Shown one piece after another: positions 32,301 to 47,300 of a stretch of 64,000 bases of DNA. Source of the DNA: the human T2T-CHM13v2.0 reference genome, Homo sapiens; assembly GCF_009914755.1 (NCBI RefSeq), contig NC_060946.1, one strand, 5' to 3'. Under the pieces are notes generated by a model that was not told the DNA's origin, made no database searches, and saw only the letters and a program-made list of their open reading frames with translations. Within the stretch, counting starts at the first letter, position 1, and each line of letters starts with the position of its first letter. The translations under genes were made by a program, and so were the position numbers.

Positions 32301-35300
32301 GGAGTGGAGTGGAATGGAAAGGAGTTAAGTGGAATGGAGTGGAGTGGAATGGAGTGGAGTGTAGTGGAGTGGTGTGGAATTGAAAAAAAGTGGAGTAGAG
32401 TGCAATGGAATTTAATGGATTGGAATGGAATGGAGTTGGGTGGATTGGAATGGCGTGGAATGGAATAGATTGGAATGGAATGGAATAGAGTGGAGTGCAG
32501 TGGAGTGGAGATGAGTGGAATATGGTGGAGGGGAGTGGAGTGGAGTGGACTGCAGTGGAATATAATGGAGTGGAATGGAGTGGAGTGAAGTGGAGAGGAA
32601 TGGAATGGAAAGGAGTGGAATGGAATGGAATGGAGTGGAATGGAGTGCAATTGAGTGGACTGGAATGGAATGGGTTAGAGTGGAATGGAATGGACAAGAA
32701 TGTAATGGAATGTTGTGGAGTTGAATGGAGTGGAGTGTAATGGAACGGAATGGAGTGGAATGGAATGGATTGTTATGGAGTGGAGTGTAATGGAAAGGAA
32801 TGGCATGGAATGGATTGGAGTGGAGTGGAGTGGAATGGAATGCAATGGAGTGGAGTGGAGTAGATTGGAGTGGCGTGGTGTGGAACGGAATGGAGTTGAG
32901 TGGAATGGTGTGGAATGGAATATAGTGGAATGGAATGGAATGGCCTGCGAAGGAATGGAATGCAGTGGAGTGAAGTGGAGTGGAATGGAGTGGAATGGAG
33001 TGGGATAGAGTGGAGGGGAATGGAATGGAGTGGAGTGGAGTGGAAAGGAGTGGAGTGGAGTGGGGTGCTGTGGAATGGAGTGGAGTGGAGTGAAATGGAA
33101 TAGAATGTAGTGGAATGGAATGGAGTGGATTGGATTGGAATAGAGTGGTATGGAATGGATTGGAATGGAATGGAATGGAGTGGTGTGTAGTGGAGTGGAG
33201 AGGAGGGGAATGGAGTGGAGTGGAGTGGACTGCAGTGGAATGCAATGGATTGGAATGGAGTGGAATGGAATGGATTGGAATCAAATGGAAAGGAGTGGAG
33301 TGCAGTGGAGTGGAGTGGATTGGAGTGGAGTGGAATGGAGTGGAGTGGAGTGGAATGGATTGGAATGGTATGGAGTTGAATGGATTGGAATGGAGTGGAG
33401 TGGAATGGAATGCAGTGGAATGGAATGGAATGGAATGGAATTGGAAGGAGTGGAATGGAGTGGAAAGGAGTGGAGTGGAATGGAATGCAATGGAGTGGAG
33501 TGGATTGGAGTGGCGTGGTGTGGAACGGAATGGAGTTGAGTGGAATGGTGTGGAATGGAATAGAGTGGAATGGAATGGAATGGCCTGCGATGGAATGGAA
33601 TGGAGTGGAGTGAAGTGGAGTGGAATGGAGCGGAATGGAGTGGAATAGAGTGGAGGGGAATGGAATGGAGTGGAGTAGAGTGGAAAGGAGTGGAGTGGAG
33701 TGAGGTGCTGTGGAATGACGTGGAGTGGAGTGAAATGGAATAGAATGTAGTGGAATGGAATGGAGTGGATTGGATTGGAATAGAGTGGTATGGAATGGAT
33801 TGGAATGGAATGGAATGGAGTGGTGTGTAGTGGAGTGGCGAGGAGTGGAATGGAGTGGAATGGAGTGGACTGCAGTGGAATGGAATGGATTGGAACGGAG
33901 TGGAATGGAATGGATTGGAATCAAATGGAAAGGATTGGAGTGCAGTGGAGTGGAGTGGATTGGAGTGGAGTGGAGTGGAATGGAGTGGAGTGGAGTGGAA
34001 TGGATTGGAATGGTATGGAGTTGAATGGATTGGAATGGAGTGGAATGGAATGGAATGCAGTGGAATGGAATGGAACGGAATAGAAAGGAGTGGAATGGAA
34101 TGGAATGGAATGGAAAGGAGTGGAATGGAGTGGAAAGGAGTGGAGTGGAATGGAATGCAGTGGAATGGAATTGAATGGAGTGGCATGCAGTGGAATGGAG
34201 TGTAGTGGTTTGGAATGTAATGGAGTGGATTGGAATGCAATGGAATTGACTGGAATGGAATGGAGTGGAATGGGGTGGAGTGGAGTGGAGTTGAGTGGAA
34301 TGGAATGAAATGGAATGCAGTGGGATGGAATGGAATTGAGTGGAGTGGCATGGAGTAGAATGGTGTGTAGTGGAATGGAGTAGATGGGATGAAAAGGAAT
34401 GGATTGGATTGGAATTGACTGGAGTGGAATGGAGCAGAGTGGAATGGAGTGTAGTGGATTGGAGTGGAGTGCAGTGGAATGGAGTGGAGTGGAGTAGAAT
34501 GGAATGGAGTGGAGAGGAGTTGAAAGTAGTGGAGTGGAGTTGAATGTAATGGAATGGAGTGGAATGGAGTGGATTGGAGTGCAATGGGTTTTAGTGGAGT
34601 GGAATAGAGTGGAGAGGAGTGGAATGGAGTGGAGTGGAATGGAGTGCAGTAGCAAGAAGTGGAGTGGAATGGAAAGTAGTAGAGTGGAGTTGAATGGAGT
34701 GGAGTGGAGTGAAATGGAATGGAGTTGAGTGGAATGGAGTAGATTGGAGTGGAATGGAGAGGAGTGGGAGGAATGGAGTGGAGAGGAGTGGAATGGAGTG
34801 GAGTCGAGTGGAGTGGAGCAGAATACAGTGGAGTTATTGGAGCATAATGGATTGGAGTGGAGTGGAATGGAATGGAAAGGAATGCAGTGGAATGGAACGG
34901 ACAGGAATAGAAAGGAATGGAGTGGTGTGGAATGGAGTGCAATTGAATGGAGTGGAGTGGAATGCAGTGGAGTGGAGAGGACTGGAATGGAATGGAGTTT
35001 AATGGAGTGGAATGGAGTGGAGCGAAATGGAATGGAGATGAGTGGAATGTAGTGGCCTGGAGTGGAATGGAGTGGAGTTGAGTGGAGTGGAATGAAATGA
35101 AATGGAGGTGAATGGAATTGAATGGAATGGAGTGGAGTGGAGTGGAGAGTAGTGGAGTGTTGTGGAGTGGGGGGTTAAATAGAATGGAGTGGAATAGAGT
35201 GGAGGGGAATGGAATGGTTTAGAGTGGGTTGGAATGGACTAGAAAGGAATGGAATGGAATGTAGTGGATATGAATGGAATGGAATGGAATGGAATGGAAT

Positions 35301-38300
35301 GGAATGGAACGGAACGGAGTAGAGTTGAATGGAGTGGAGTGTAATGAAATTGAGTGGAGTGGAATAGAGTGGAATGGAATGGGGTGGAGTGGACTGGAGT
35401 TGAATAGAGTGGAGTGGAGTGGAATGGAATGGATTGGAGTGGAATGGAGTGGAGTGGAATGGAGTGGAGAGGAGTGTAAAGAGTGGATTGGAGTGGAGTT
35501 GAGTGGAGTGGAGTGGAATGGAGTGTCATGGAGAGGAGTGGATTGGAGTGGATTGGAGTGGAATGGAATGGAGTAGAGAGGACTGTAATGGAGTGGAATT
35601 GAGTGGAGAGGAGTGTAATGGAGAGGAATGGAGCGGAATAGAGTGGAAAGGAATGGAGTGGAATGGAATGGAATGGAGTGGAATCAAATGGAATGGAAGG
35701 GAATGGAGTGGAATGGAATTCAATGCAGTGGTGTGTAATAGTGGAATTGAGTGGAGAGCAGTGGAATGGAATGGAGTGGAGTGGAGTGGAGTGGAATATA
35801 ATATAATTGAGTAGAAAGGAGTGGAATGGAGTGGAGTGGAATGGAATGGAGTGGTGCGGAATGTAATGGAGTGGAATGGAGTGGAATGGATTGCAATGCA
35901 GTGGAATGGAGTGGAATGGAGTGGAGTGGAAAATAATATAATGTAGTGGAAAGTAGTGGAATGGAGTGGAGTGGAATGGAATGGAGTGGAATGGAATAGA
36001 ATGGAGTGCAATGGAGTGGAATGGAGTGGAGCGAAGTGGAGTGGAATGGAATGGAAAAGAGTGGCATAGAATGGAATGGAGTGGACTGGAGTGGAGTGGT
36101 GAGGAGTGGAGTGGAATGGAATAGGGCAGAGTGGAATGGAATGGACAGGAATGGAATGGAATGTTGTGGAGTTGAATGGAGCGGTGTAGAATGGAGTTGA
36201 GTGTAATGGTACGGAACGGAGTGGAATGTAATGGAATGTAATGGAGTGGAGTGGAATGTCATGGAACGGAATGGAACGGAATGGAATAGAGTGGAGTGGA
36301 TTAGAGTGGAGTGGAAAGGAATGCAATGGAGTCGAGTGGAGTGGATTGGAGTGGCGTCGAGAAGAATGTAATGGAGTCGAGTAGAATGGGGTGGAATGGA
36401 ATAAAGTGGAATGGAATGGAATGGCCTGAGATGCAATGGAATGGAGTGGTGTGAAATGGAGTGGAATGGAATGGAATAGATTGGAGTGGAAAGGAATAGA
36501 GTGTAGTGGAGTGGAAAGGAGTGGAGTGGAGTGGAGTGGAGTGCTGTAGAATGGAGTGGAGTGGAGTGAAATAGAATAGAATAGAGTGGAATGGAATGGA
36601 GTGTATTGGATTGGAATAGAGTGGAATGGAATGGATTGGAATGTAATGGAATGGAGTGCTGTGTAGTGGAGTGGATAGGAGTGGAATAGAGTGGAGTAGA
36701 GTGGACTGCTGTGGAATGGAATGGATTGGAATGGATAGGAATGGAGTGGAATGGAATGGATTGGAATGGAATGGAATAGAGTGGAGTGCAGTGGAGTGGA
36801 TTGGATTGGAATGGAGTGGAGTGGAGTGGAGTGGAATGGATTAGAGTGGTGTCGATTGGAGTGGAGTGGAGTAGAATGGAGTGGAGTGGAATGGAGTGGA
36901 GTGGAATGGAATGCTGTGGAATAGAATTGAATGGAGTGGCATGGAGTGGAATGGAGTGTAGTGGTGTGGAATGTAATAGAGTGGATTGGAATGCAATGGA
37001 ATTGATTGGAGTGAAAGGGAGTGGAATGGCGTGGAGTGGAGTGGAGCTGAGTGGATTGGAATGGAATGGAATGCAGTGGGATGGAATACAATGGATATGA
37101 ACGGAAGGGAGTGGAGTTGCATGGAGTAGAATGGTGTGTAGTGGAAAGGAGTGCAGTGGAGTGGGACGGAAAGGAATAGAGTGGATTGGAATTGACTGGA
37201 GTGGAGTGGAGCAGAGTGGAATGGAGTGTAGAGGAATGGAGTGGAGTGCAGTGGAAAGGAGTGGAGTGGAGTGGAGTGGAATTGAGTGGAATGGAGTTGA
37301 AAGGAGTGGAGTGGAATGGAATGTAATAGAGTGGAGTGGAATGGAGTGGATTGGAGTGGAATGGATTTTAGTGGAGCGGAATGGAGTGGAGAGGAGTGGA
37401 ATGGAAATGAGTGGAGTGGAGTTGAAAGTGGAGTGAAATGGAATGTAATGGAGTGGATTGGACTGGAGTGGATTGGAGTGGAATGGATTTTAGTGCATTG
37501 GAATGGAGTGGAGAGGAATGGAATGGAGTGGAGTGGAGGGGAGTGCAGTAGAAAGAAGTGGAGTGGAATGGAGTGGAGTGGAGTGGAATGGAAAGTAGTA
37601 GAGTGGAGTTGAATGGAGTGGAGTGGAGTGAAATGGAATGGAGTGGAGTGCAATGGAGTAGATAGGACTGGAATGGAGTGGAGTGGGAGGAATGGAGTGG
37701 AGAGGAGTGGAATGGAGTGGAGTTGAGTGGAGTGGAGTGGAATGGAGTGGAGTGGAGCAGAATGGATTGGAGTGGAGTGCAGTGGAATGGAGTGGGGTGG
37801 AATGGAATGCAATGGAATGGAAGGGAATGGAATAGAGGGGAATGGAATGGAGTGAACTGGATTGGAGTGGAATGTGAAGTGGAATGGAGTGGAGAGGAGA
37901 GGAATGGAGTGGAGTGGAATCAAGTAGAGTGGAGTGGAATGCAATGGAGTGGAATCAAGTAAAGTGGAGAGGAATGGAATGGAGTGGTGTGGAATGGAAT
38001 GGAGTGGAATAGAATGGAATGGAATAGAATGGAGTGGAGTGGAAGGAATGGAGTTGAGTGGAATGGAATGGAGTTGAATGGAATGGAATGGAAAGGAATG
38101 GGTTGCAGTGGAGTGGAATGGAATGGAATGGAATGCCATGTAATGGAATGGAGTTCAATGGACTGGAGTGGAATGGAATGGAAAGAAACGGCATGGAATG
38201 GAAAGGAATATAGTGTAGGGCAGTGGATTGGAATGGAATGGATGAGAATGAAATTGAGTGGAAAGGGGTGGAAAGTAGACGAGTGGAATAGAATGTAGTG

Positions 38301-41300
38301 GAGTGGAATAGAAAGCAGTGGAACAGAATAGAATGGAATGGAGTGGAGTGGAATGGAGTGCAGTGGAATGGAATAGAGTGGAGTGGAATGGATTGGAGTG
38401 GAATGAATTGGAATGGAATAGAGTGGAATGAAATTGAGTGGAGTGGAATGGAGTCGATTGGAGTGGAAAGGAGTGAAGTGGAATGGAATGGAGTGGAGTG
38501 GAATGGAGTGGAGTGGAGTGGTGTGGAATTGAAAGGCATGGAGTGGAGTGCAATGGAACTAAATGGAGTGGAATGTAATGGAGTGGGGTGGATTAGAATG
38601 GAGTGGAACGGAATGGATTGGAATGGAATGGAATGGAGTGGAGTGCAGTGGAGAGGAGTTGAGTGGAATATGGTGGAGGGGAGAGGAGTGGAGTGGACTG
38701 GAGTGGAATGGAATGGAGTGAAATGGAGTGGAGTGAATTGGAGTGGAATGGAATGGAATGGAAAAGAGTAGAATGGAATAAAATGGAATGGAGTGAACTG
38801 GAGTGGAGTTGTGTGGAGTGGAGTGGATTGGAATGGACTGGAATTGAGTGGAATGGAATGGAATGGAATGGGGTAGAGTGGAATGTCATGGACAGTAATG
38901 GAATGGAATGTTGTGGAGTTGAATGTTGTGGAGTGGAATGGAGTGGAGTGTAATGGTACGGAATGGAGTGGAATGGAAAGGAATGTTATGGAGTGGAATG
39001 GAGTGGAAAGGAATGGAATGGAATGGAATGGAATGGAATGGAATGGAATGGATTGGAGTGGATTGGAGTGGAGAGGAGTGGAACAGAACGCAATGGAGTG
39101 GAGAGGAGTGGAACAGAACGCAATGGAGTGGAGTGGAGAGGATTGGAGTGGAGTGGACTAGAATGGAATGGAGTCGAGTGGAATGGTGTGGAATGGAATA
39201 GAGTGGAATGGAATGGAATGGCCTGGGATGGAATGGAATGGAGTGGAGTGAAGTGGAGTGGAATGGAGTGCAATGGAGTGGAATAGAGTGGAGGGGAATG
39301 GAATGGAGTGGAGTGGAAAGGAGTGGAGTGGAGTGGGGTGATGTGGAATGGAGTGGAGTGGAGTGAAATGGAATAGAATGTAGTGGAATGGAATGGAGTG
39401 GATTGGATTGGAATAGAGTGGAATGGAATGGAATGGAATGGAGTGGTGTGTAGTGGAGTGGAGAGGAGTGGAATGGAGTAGAGGGGAGTGGACTGCAGTG
39501 GAATGGAATGGAGTGGAATGGATTGGAATGGAGTAGAATGGAATGGATTGGAATGGAATGGAATGGAGTGGAGTGCAGTGGAGTGGAGTGGATTGGAGTG
39601 GAGTGGAATGGAGTGGAGTGGAGTGGAATGGAGTGGAATGGAACGGAGTGGAATGGAGTGGAATGGAATTAAGTGGCATGAAGTGGAATGGAGTGAAGTG
39701 GAATGGAATGCAGTGGAATGGAATTGAATGGAGTGGCATGGAGTTGAAAGTTGTGTAGTGGTGTGGAACGGAATGGAGTGGATTGGAATGCAATGGAATT
39801 GATTGGAGTGGAATGGAGTGGAATGTGGTGGAGTGGAGTGGAGTTGAGTGGATTGGAATGAAATCGAATGCAGTGGGATGGAATGGAATGGACTGGAATG
39901 GAATGGAGTGGAGGGTCATGGAGTAGAATGGTGTATAGTGCAATGGAGTGGAGGGGAGTAGGACGGAAAGGAATGGAGGGGATTGGAATTGACTGGAGTG
40001 GAGTGGAGCAGAGTGGAATGGAGTGTAGTGGAATGGAGTGGAGTGCAGTGGAATGGAGTGGAGTGGATTTGAATGTAATGGAGTGGAGTGGAATGGAGTG
40101 GATTGGAGTGGAATGGATTTTAGTATAGTGGAATGGAGTGGAGAGGAGTGGAATGGAGTGGAATGGAGTGCAGTAGAAAGAAATGGAGTGGAATGGAGTG
40201 GGCTGGAGTGGAATGGCAAGTAGTAGAGTGGAGTTCAGTGGAGTGGAGTGAAATGGAATGGAGTGGAGTGGAATGGAGTAGATTGGAGTGGAATGGAGTG
40301 GAGTGGGAGGAATGGAGTGGAGAGGAGTGGAATGGAGTGGAGTTGAGAGGAGTGGAGTGGAATGGAGTGGAGTGGAGTGGAATGGATTGGAGTGGAGTGG
40401 AATGGAATGGAATGCAAGGGAAAGGAATAGAGGGGAATGGAATGGAGTGAACTGAATTGGAAAGGAGTTGTGTGAAGTGGAATGGAGTGGAGAGGAGTGG
40501 AATGGAATGGAAAGGTCTGCAGTGGAATGTAATGGAAAGGAATAGAATGGAATGGAGTGGTGTGGAATGGAGTGGAATTGAATGGTGTGGAGTGGAATGG
40601 AATAGAGTGGAGTGGAGTGGACTGGAATGGAATGGAGTTTAATGGAGTGGAATGGAGTGGAAGGAAATGGTATGGAGTTTAGTGGAATGTAATGGACTGG
40701 AGTGGAATGTAGTGGAGTTGAGTGGAGTGGAATGGAACGAAATGGAGTTGAATGGAATGGAATGGAGTGGAGTGGGGAGTAATGGAGTTTTGTTGAGAGG
40801 GGTTAAATAGAATGGAGTGGAATAGAGTGGAATGGAGTGGAGGGGAATGGAATGGAGTAGAGTGGACTGGAATTGACTAGAAAGGAATGGAGTGGAATGG
40901 AGTGAATTTGAATGGATTGGAATGGAATGGAGTAGAGTTGAATGGAGTGGAGTGTAATGGAGTTGAGTGGAGTGGAATGGAGTGGAGTGGAATGGGGTGA
41001 AGTAGACTGCAGTTGAATGGAGTGAAGTGGAATAGAATGGAGTGGAGTGGAATGCAGTGGATTGGAGTGGTTTGGAGTGGAGTGGAGTGTAATGGAGTGG
41101 AGTGGAGTGGATTTGAGTGGAGTGGAATGGAGTGGAGAGGAGTGTATTGGAGTGTAGTGGAGAGGAATACAGTGGAAAGGAATGGAGTGGAATGGAATGG
41201 GAGTGGAATCAAATGGAATGGAAGGGAATGGAGTGGAATGGAGTGGAGTGTAGTGGAAGGCAATAGAATGGAGTGGAATGGAATGGAATGTAGTGGTGTT

Positions 41301-44300
41301 TAACAGTGGAATTGAGTGGAGAGTAGTGGAATGGAATGGAGTGTAGTGGAGTGCAGTGGAATATAATATAATTGAGTAGAAAGGAGTGGAATGGAGTGGA
41401 GTGGAATGGAATGGAGTGGAATGGAGTGGAATGGAATGGAATGGAATGGAATGGAGTGCAATGGAGTGGAATAGAGTGGAATGGAGTGGAGTGGGGTGGA
41501 ATAAAATATAATGTAGTGGAAAGGAGTGGAATGGAAAGGAGTGGAATGGAATTAAGTGGAATGGAATGTAGAGCAATGGAGTGGAATGGAGTGGAGTGAA
41601 GAGGAGTGGAATGGAATGGAAATGAGCGGAATGGAATGGAATGGAATTGAGCGGCCTGTTGTGGAGTGGTGTGTAGTGGAGTGGAATGGAATGGAGAGTA
41701 TTGGAGTGGAATTGAGTGGAGTGGAATGGAATGGTGTAGAGTGAAATGGAATGGACAGGAATGGAATAGAATGTTGTGGAGTTGAATGGAGTGGAGTGGA
41801 ATGGAGTGGACTGTAGTGGTACAGAATGGAGTAGAATGGAGTGGAATGGAATGGAATGGAATGGAGTGGAATGGAATGGAATGGAATGGAATGGAGTGGA
41901 GTGGAGTGGAATGGAGTGGAGTGGAACGGAGTGCAGTGGAGTGGAATGGAATGCAATGGAGTGAAGTGGAGTGGATTGGAGTGGCGTGGAGTGGAATGGA
42001 ATGGAGTCAAGTGGAATGGGGTGAAATGGAATAGAGTGGAATGGAATGGAATTGCCTAGGATGGAATGGAATGGAGTGGAGTGAAGTGGAGTGGAATGGA
42101 GTGGAATAGAGTGGAGGGGAATGGAGTGGACTGGAGTGGAAAGGAGTGGAGTGGAGTGCTGTGGAATGGAGTGGAGTGGAGTGAAATGGAATAAAAGGAT
42201 TGGAATGGAATGGAGTGAATTGGATTGGAATAGAGTGGAATGGAATGGATTGGAATGGAATGGAGTGGTGTGTAGTGGAGTGGAGAGGAGTGGAATGGAA
42301 TGGAGTGGAGTGGACTGCAGTGGAATGGAATGGAGTGGAATGGAATGCTTTGGAATGGAATGGAATAGAGTGGAGTGCAGTGGAGTGGAGTGGATTGGAA
42401 TGGAGTGGTGTGGCGTGTAATGGAGTGAAGTGGAGTGGAATGGAGTGGAATGGGGTCGAATGGATTGGAGTGGAATGGAATGCTGTGGAATGGAATTGAA
42501 TGCAGTGGCATGGAGTGGAATGGAGTGTAGTGGTGTGGAAAGGAATGGAGTGGATTGGAATTCAATGGAATAGATTGAAGTGGAATGGAGTGGAATGGCG
42601 TGGAGTGGAGTGGAATTGAGTGGATTGGAATGGAATGGAATGAAGTGGGATGGAATGGAATGGAGTGGAGTGGCATGGAGTACAATGGTGTGTAGTGGAA
42701 TGGAGTGGAGTGGAGTGGGACGGAAAGGAATGCAGTGCATTGGAATTGACTGGAGTGAAGTGAAGCGGAGCGGAATGGAGTGTAGTGGAATGGAGTGGAG
42801 TGAAGTGGAATGGAGTGGAGTGGAGTGGTATGGAATTGAGTGGAGTGGAGTTTAAAGGAGTGGAGTGGAGTGGAATGTAATGGAGTCGAGTAGAATGGAG
42901 TGGATTAGAGTGGAATGGATTTTAGTGCAGTGGAATGGATTGGAGAGGAGTGGAATGGAGTGGAGTGGAGGGCAGTAGAAAGAAACGGAGTGGAGTGGAG
43001 TGTAATGGAAAGTAGTAGAGTGGAGTTGAATTGAGTGGAGTGGAATGAAATAGAATGGAGTGGAGTGGAATGGAGTCGATTACAGTGGAATGGAGTGGAG
43101 AGGGAGGAATGGAGTGAAGAGGAGTGGAATGGAGTGGAGTCGAGTGGAGTGGAGCAGAATGAAGTGGAGTGGACTGGAACAGAATGGATTGGAGGGGGGT
43201 GGAATGGAATGGAGTGGAGTGGAGTGGAGTGGAATGGAATGGAAGGGAATGGAATAGAGGAGAATGGAATGGAGTGAACTGGATTGGAGTGGAGTTGTGT
43301 GAAGTGGAATGGAGTGGAGAGGAGTGGAATGGAGTGGAGTGGAATCAAGTAGAGTGGAGTGGAACGGAATGGAGTGAAGTGGAATGGAATGGAGTGTAAT
43401 AGAATGGAATGGAATAGACTGGAGTGGAGAGGAAGGAATGGAGTTGAGTGGAATGGAATGGAGTGGAGTGGAATGGAATGGAATGGAAAGGAATGGGTTG
43501 GAGTGGAGTGGAATGGAATGGAATGGAATGGAGTTCAATGGACTGGAGTGGAATGAAATGGAAAGAAATGGCAAAGAATGGAATGGAATGGAGTGTAGGG
43601 CAGTGGAGTGGATTGGAGTGGAGGGGAATGAAATGGAGTGGAAAGGAGTGGAAAGTAGAGGAGTGGAATAGAATGTAGTGGAGTGGAATAGAAAGCAGTG
43701 GAACGGAATGGAATGGAATGAAGTGGAGTGGAGTGGAATGGATTGGAATGGAATACAGTGGAATGAAATTGATTGGAGTGGAATGGAGTGGAGTGGAGTG
43801 GAAAGGAGTGAAGTGGAATGGAATGGAGTGGAGTGGAATGGAGTGGAGTGGAGTGGTGTGGAATTGAAGGGAGTGGAGTGAAGTGCAATGGAATTTAATG
43901 GAGTGGAATGGAATGGAGTGGGGTGGATTGGAATGGAGTGGAATGGAATGGATTGGAAAGAAATGGAAAGGAGTGGAGTGCAGTGGAGTGCAGTTGAGCG
44001 GAATATGGTGGAACGGAGTGGAGTGGAATGGACTGCAGTGCAAAGGAGTGGAGTGGAATGGAGAGCAGTGGAATGGCGTGGAGTGGAATAGATGGGAGTG
44101 GAGTGGTATGGATCGGATTGGAATGGAGTGGAGGGGAGTGGGATGGAATGGAGTGGAATGGAATGGAGTGTAGTGGACTGGTGAGGAGTGGAATGGAGTG
44201 GAGTGGAATGGAGTGGAGTGGAGTGGAATGGAGTAGAGTGGAGTGAAAAGAAGTGGAGTGGAGTGGAATGGAGTGGAGTGGAGTGGTGTGGAACGTAATG

Positions 44301-47300
44301 AAGTGGAAAGGAGTGGATTGGTATGGAATTTAATGGAGTGGAATGGAATGGAGTGGATTGGATTGGAATGGAGAGGAATGGAAAGGAGTGGAATGGAATG
44401 GAATGGAGTGGAGTGCAGTGTAGTGGAGTAGAATGGAATGGAGTGGAGTGGAGTGGATTGGACTAGAGTGAATGCAATGGAGTGGAATGGAGAGCAGTGG
44501 AATGGAATGGAGTGGAATGGAATGGAGTGGAGTGGAATGATGTGGAGTGGCACTGAGTGGAATGGAGTGGAATGTGGTGGAGTGGAAAGGAATGGAGTGG
44601 AATGGAGTGGCACGAAGTGGAATGGATTGGAGTGGAGTGGAACGGAATGGACTGGAATGGAATGGAGTGGAATGGAATGGAATGGAACGGACTTGAAAGG
44701 AATGGAGTGGAATGGTGTGGAATGCAGTGGAGTCTAGTGGAATTGAGTGGATTGGAATGGAATGGAGTGCAGTGGAATTGAATGGAAAGGTGTTGAATTG
44801 AATGGAAAGGTATGGAATGGCATCCAATTTAATGGATGGGAATGGAATGGAATGGAATGGATTTGGGTGGAGTGACATGTAATGGAGTAGATTGGCATGG
44901 AATGGAGTGGACTGGAGTGGAATGGAATGGAGTGGAGTGGAATGAAATGGAGTGGAATGGAATGGAATGGAATGGAGTGGAATGGAATGGAGTGGGATGG
45001 AATGGATGGGAATGGAATGGAATACAATCGAATGGAACGGAATGGAAGGGGATGGAATGGAATGGAATGAAATTGAATGGAATGTAATGGCATGCAATGG
45101 AATGGAACGGAGTGGAGTAGAGTGGAGTGGAGTGGAGTGGAGAGGAGTGGAACGGAATGGAGTGGAATAGAATGGAATGAAATAATTTGGAGTGGAGTTA
45201 CCAGAATAGAGTGGAGTGGAATGGAATGGAGAGGAATGGAAGGGAATGAAATGGAATTTAGTGGAGTGGATTGGAATGGAATGGAATGGAATGGATTTCC
45301 ATGGAACGGAATGGAATGGAATGGAGTAGAATGGAGTGGAGTGGGATGGAATGGAAAGCAATGGCATGGAATGGAATGGAATAGAATGGAGGGCATTGGA
45401 GTGGAGTGGAATGAAAGGAGTGGAATGGAGTGGCAAAAAGGGGAGTGGAATAGCATGTAGTGGAGTGGAATGGAATGCAGTGGAACGTAAAGGAATGGAA
45501 TGGAATAGAGTGGAATGGAGTGCAGCGGAATGGAGTGCAGTGGAGTGGAATGGAGTGGAGTGAAAGGGAGTGGAATGGAATCGAATGGAGGGGAATGCAG
45601 TGGAATGGAGTGGAGTGGAGTGGAATGGAATGGAATGGTGTGGAATGGAATGGAATGGAATGGAATGGAATGGAATGGAATGGAATGCAGTGCTGTATAA
45701 TGGAGTGGAATTGAGTGGAGAGTAATTGAATGGAATGAAGTGGAGTCAAGTGGAGTGGAGTCGAATGGAATATATTGGATTGGAATGGAGTGGAGTGGAA
45801 TGGAATGGAGTGGAATGGAATGGAATGCAGTGTAATGGAGTGTAATGGAGGGGAGTGGAATGGAATGGAATGGAGTGGAATGGAATGGAATGCAATGGAA
45901 TAGAATGGAATGCAACGGAATGGAGTGGACAGGAGTGGAGTGGTGTGGTGTGGAGTGGAACCGAATCGAGTAGAATGGAGTGTAATTGAGTGGAGTGGAA
46001 TGGAATGGAGTAGTGTGGAATGGAATTGACAGGAATGGAATGGAATGGAATGTCGTGGAGTTGAATGGAGTGGAGTGGAATGGAGTGGCATGGGGTGAAG
46101 TGTAATGGTATGGTATGGAATGGAATGGAATGGAATGGAATGGAATGGAATGGAATGGAATGGAATGGAGTGGAATGGAATGGAATGGAATGGAGTGGAT
46201 TTGAATGGAGTGGAGTGGAGTGGAATACAATGGAGTGGAGTGGAGTGGCATGGAGTGGAATGGAATGTAGTTGAGAGGAATGGAGTGGGATAGAATAGAA
46301 TGGAATGGAATGGAATGGCCCTGGTTGGAATAGATTGGAGTGGACTGGAATGGAATGGAGTGGAGTGGAGTGGAGTGGAGTGGAGTGGTGTGGAATGGAG
46401 TGGAGTGGAGTGAAATGGAATTGAATGCAGTGGAATGGAATGGAGTGAAGTGTACTGGAATAGAGTGGAATGGAATGGATTGAAATGGAATGGAATGGAG
46501 TGGTGTGTATTGGAGTGGCGAGGAATGGAATGGAGTTGAGTGGAGTGGAGTGGAGTGGACTGGAGTGAAATGGAATGGAGTGGAATAGAATGGAATGGAA
46601 TAATTTGGAGTGGAGTGGAATGGAATGAAGTGGAGTGGAACGGAATGGAGCGGAATGGAAGGGAATGGAATGGAATTTAGTTGAGTGGATTGGAATGGAA
46701 TTGAATGGAATGGAATGGAGTGTAATGGAATGGAATGCCATGGAATGGAATGGAATGCCATGGAATGGAATGGAGTGTAATGGAGTGGAGTGGAATGGAA
46801 TGGAAAGCAATGGCATGGAATAGAATGGAATGGAATGGATGGCAGTGGAGTGGAATGAAAGGAGTGGAATGGATTGGAAAAAAGGGTAGTGGAATAGAAT
46901 GTAGTGTAGAGGAATGGAATGCAGTGGAACGTAAAGGAATGGAATGGAATGGAGTGCAATGGATTGTAGTGAAGTGGAGTGCAGTGGCGTGGAATTGATT
47001 GGAGTGGAAAGGAGTGGAATGGAATGGAATGGAGGGTAATGGAGTGGAATGGAGTGAAGTGGAGTGGAATGGAATGGAATGGTGTGGAATGGAATAGAAT
47101 GGAATGGAATGGAATGGAATGGAATGCAGTGGTGTGTAATGGAGTGGAATTGAGTGGAGTGTAGTGGAATGGAATGGAGTGGAGTGGAGTGGAGCGGAAT
47201 GCAATGGCATGGAGTGGAGTGGATAGTAGTGGTGTGGAGTGGAAAGGAATGGAGTCGAGAAGAATGGAGTGGAATGGAATAGACTGGAATGGAACGGAAT

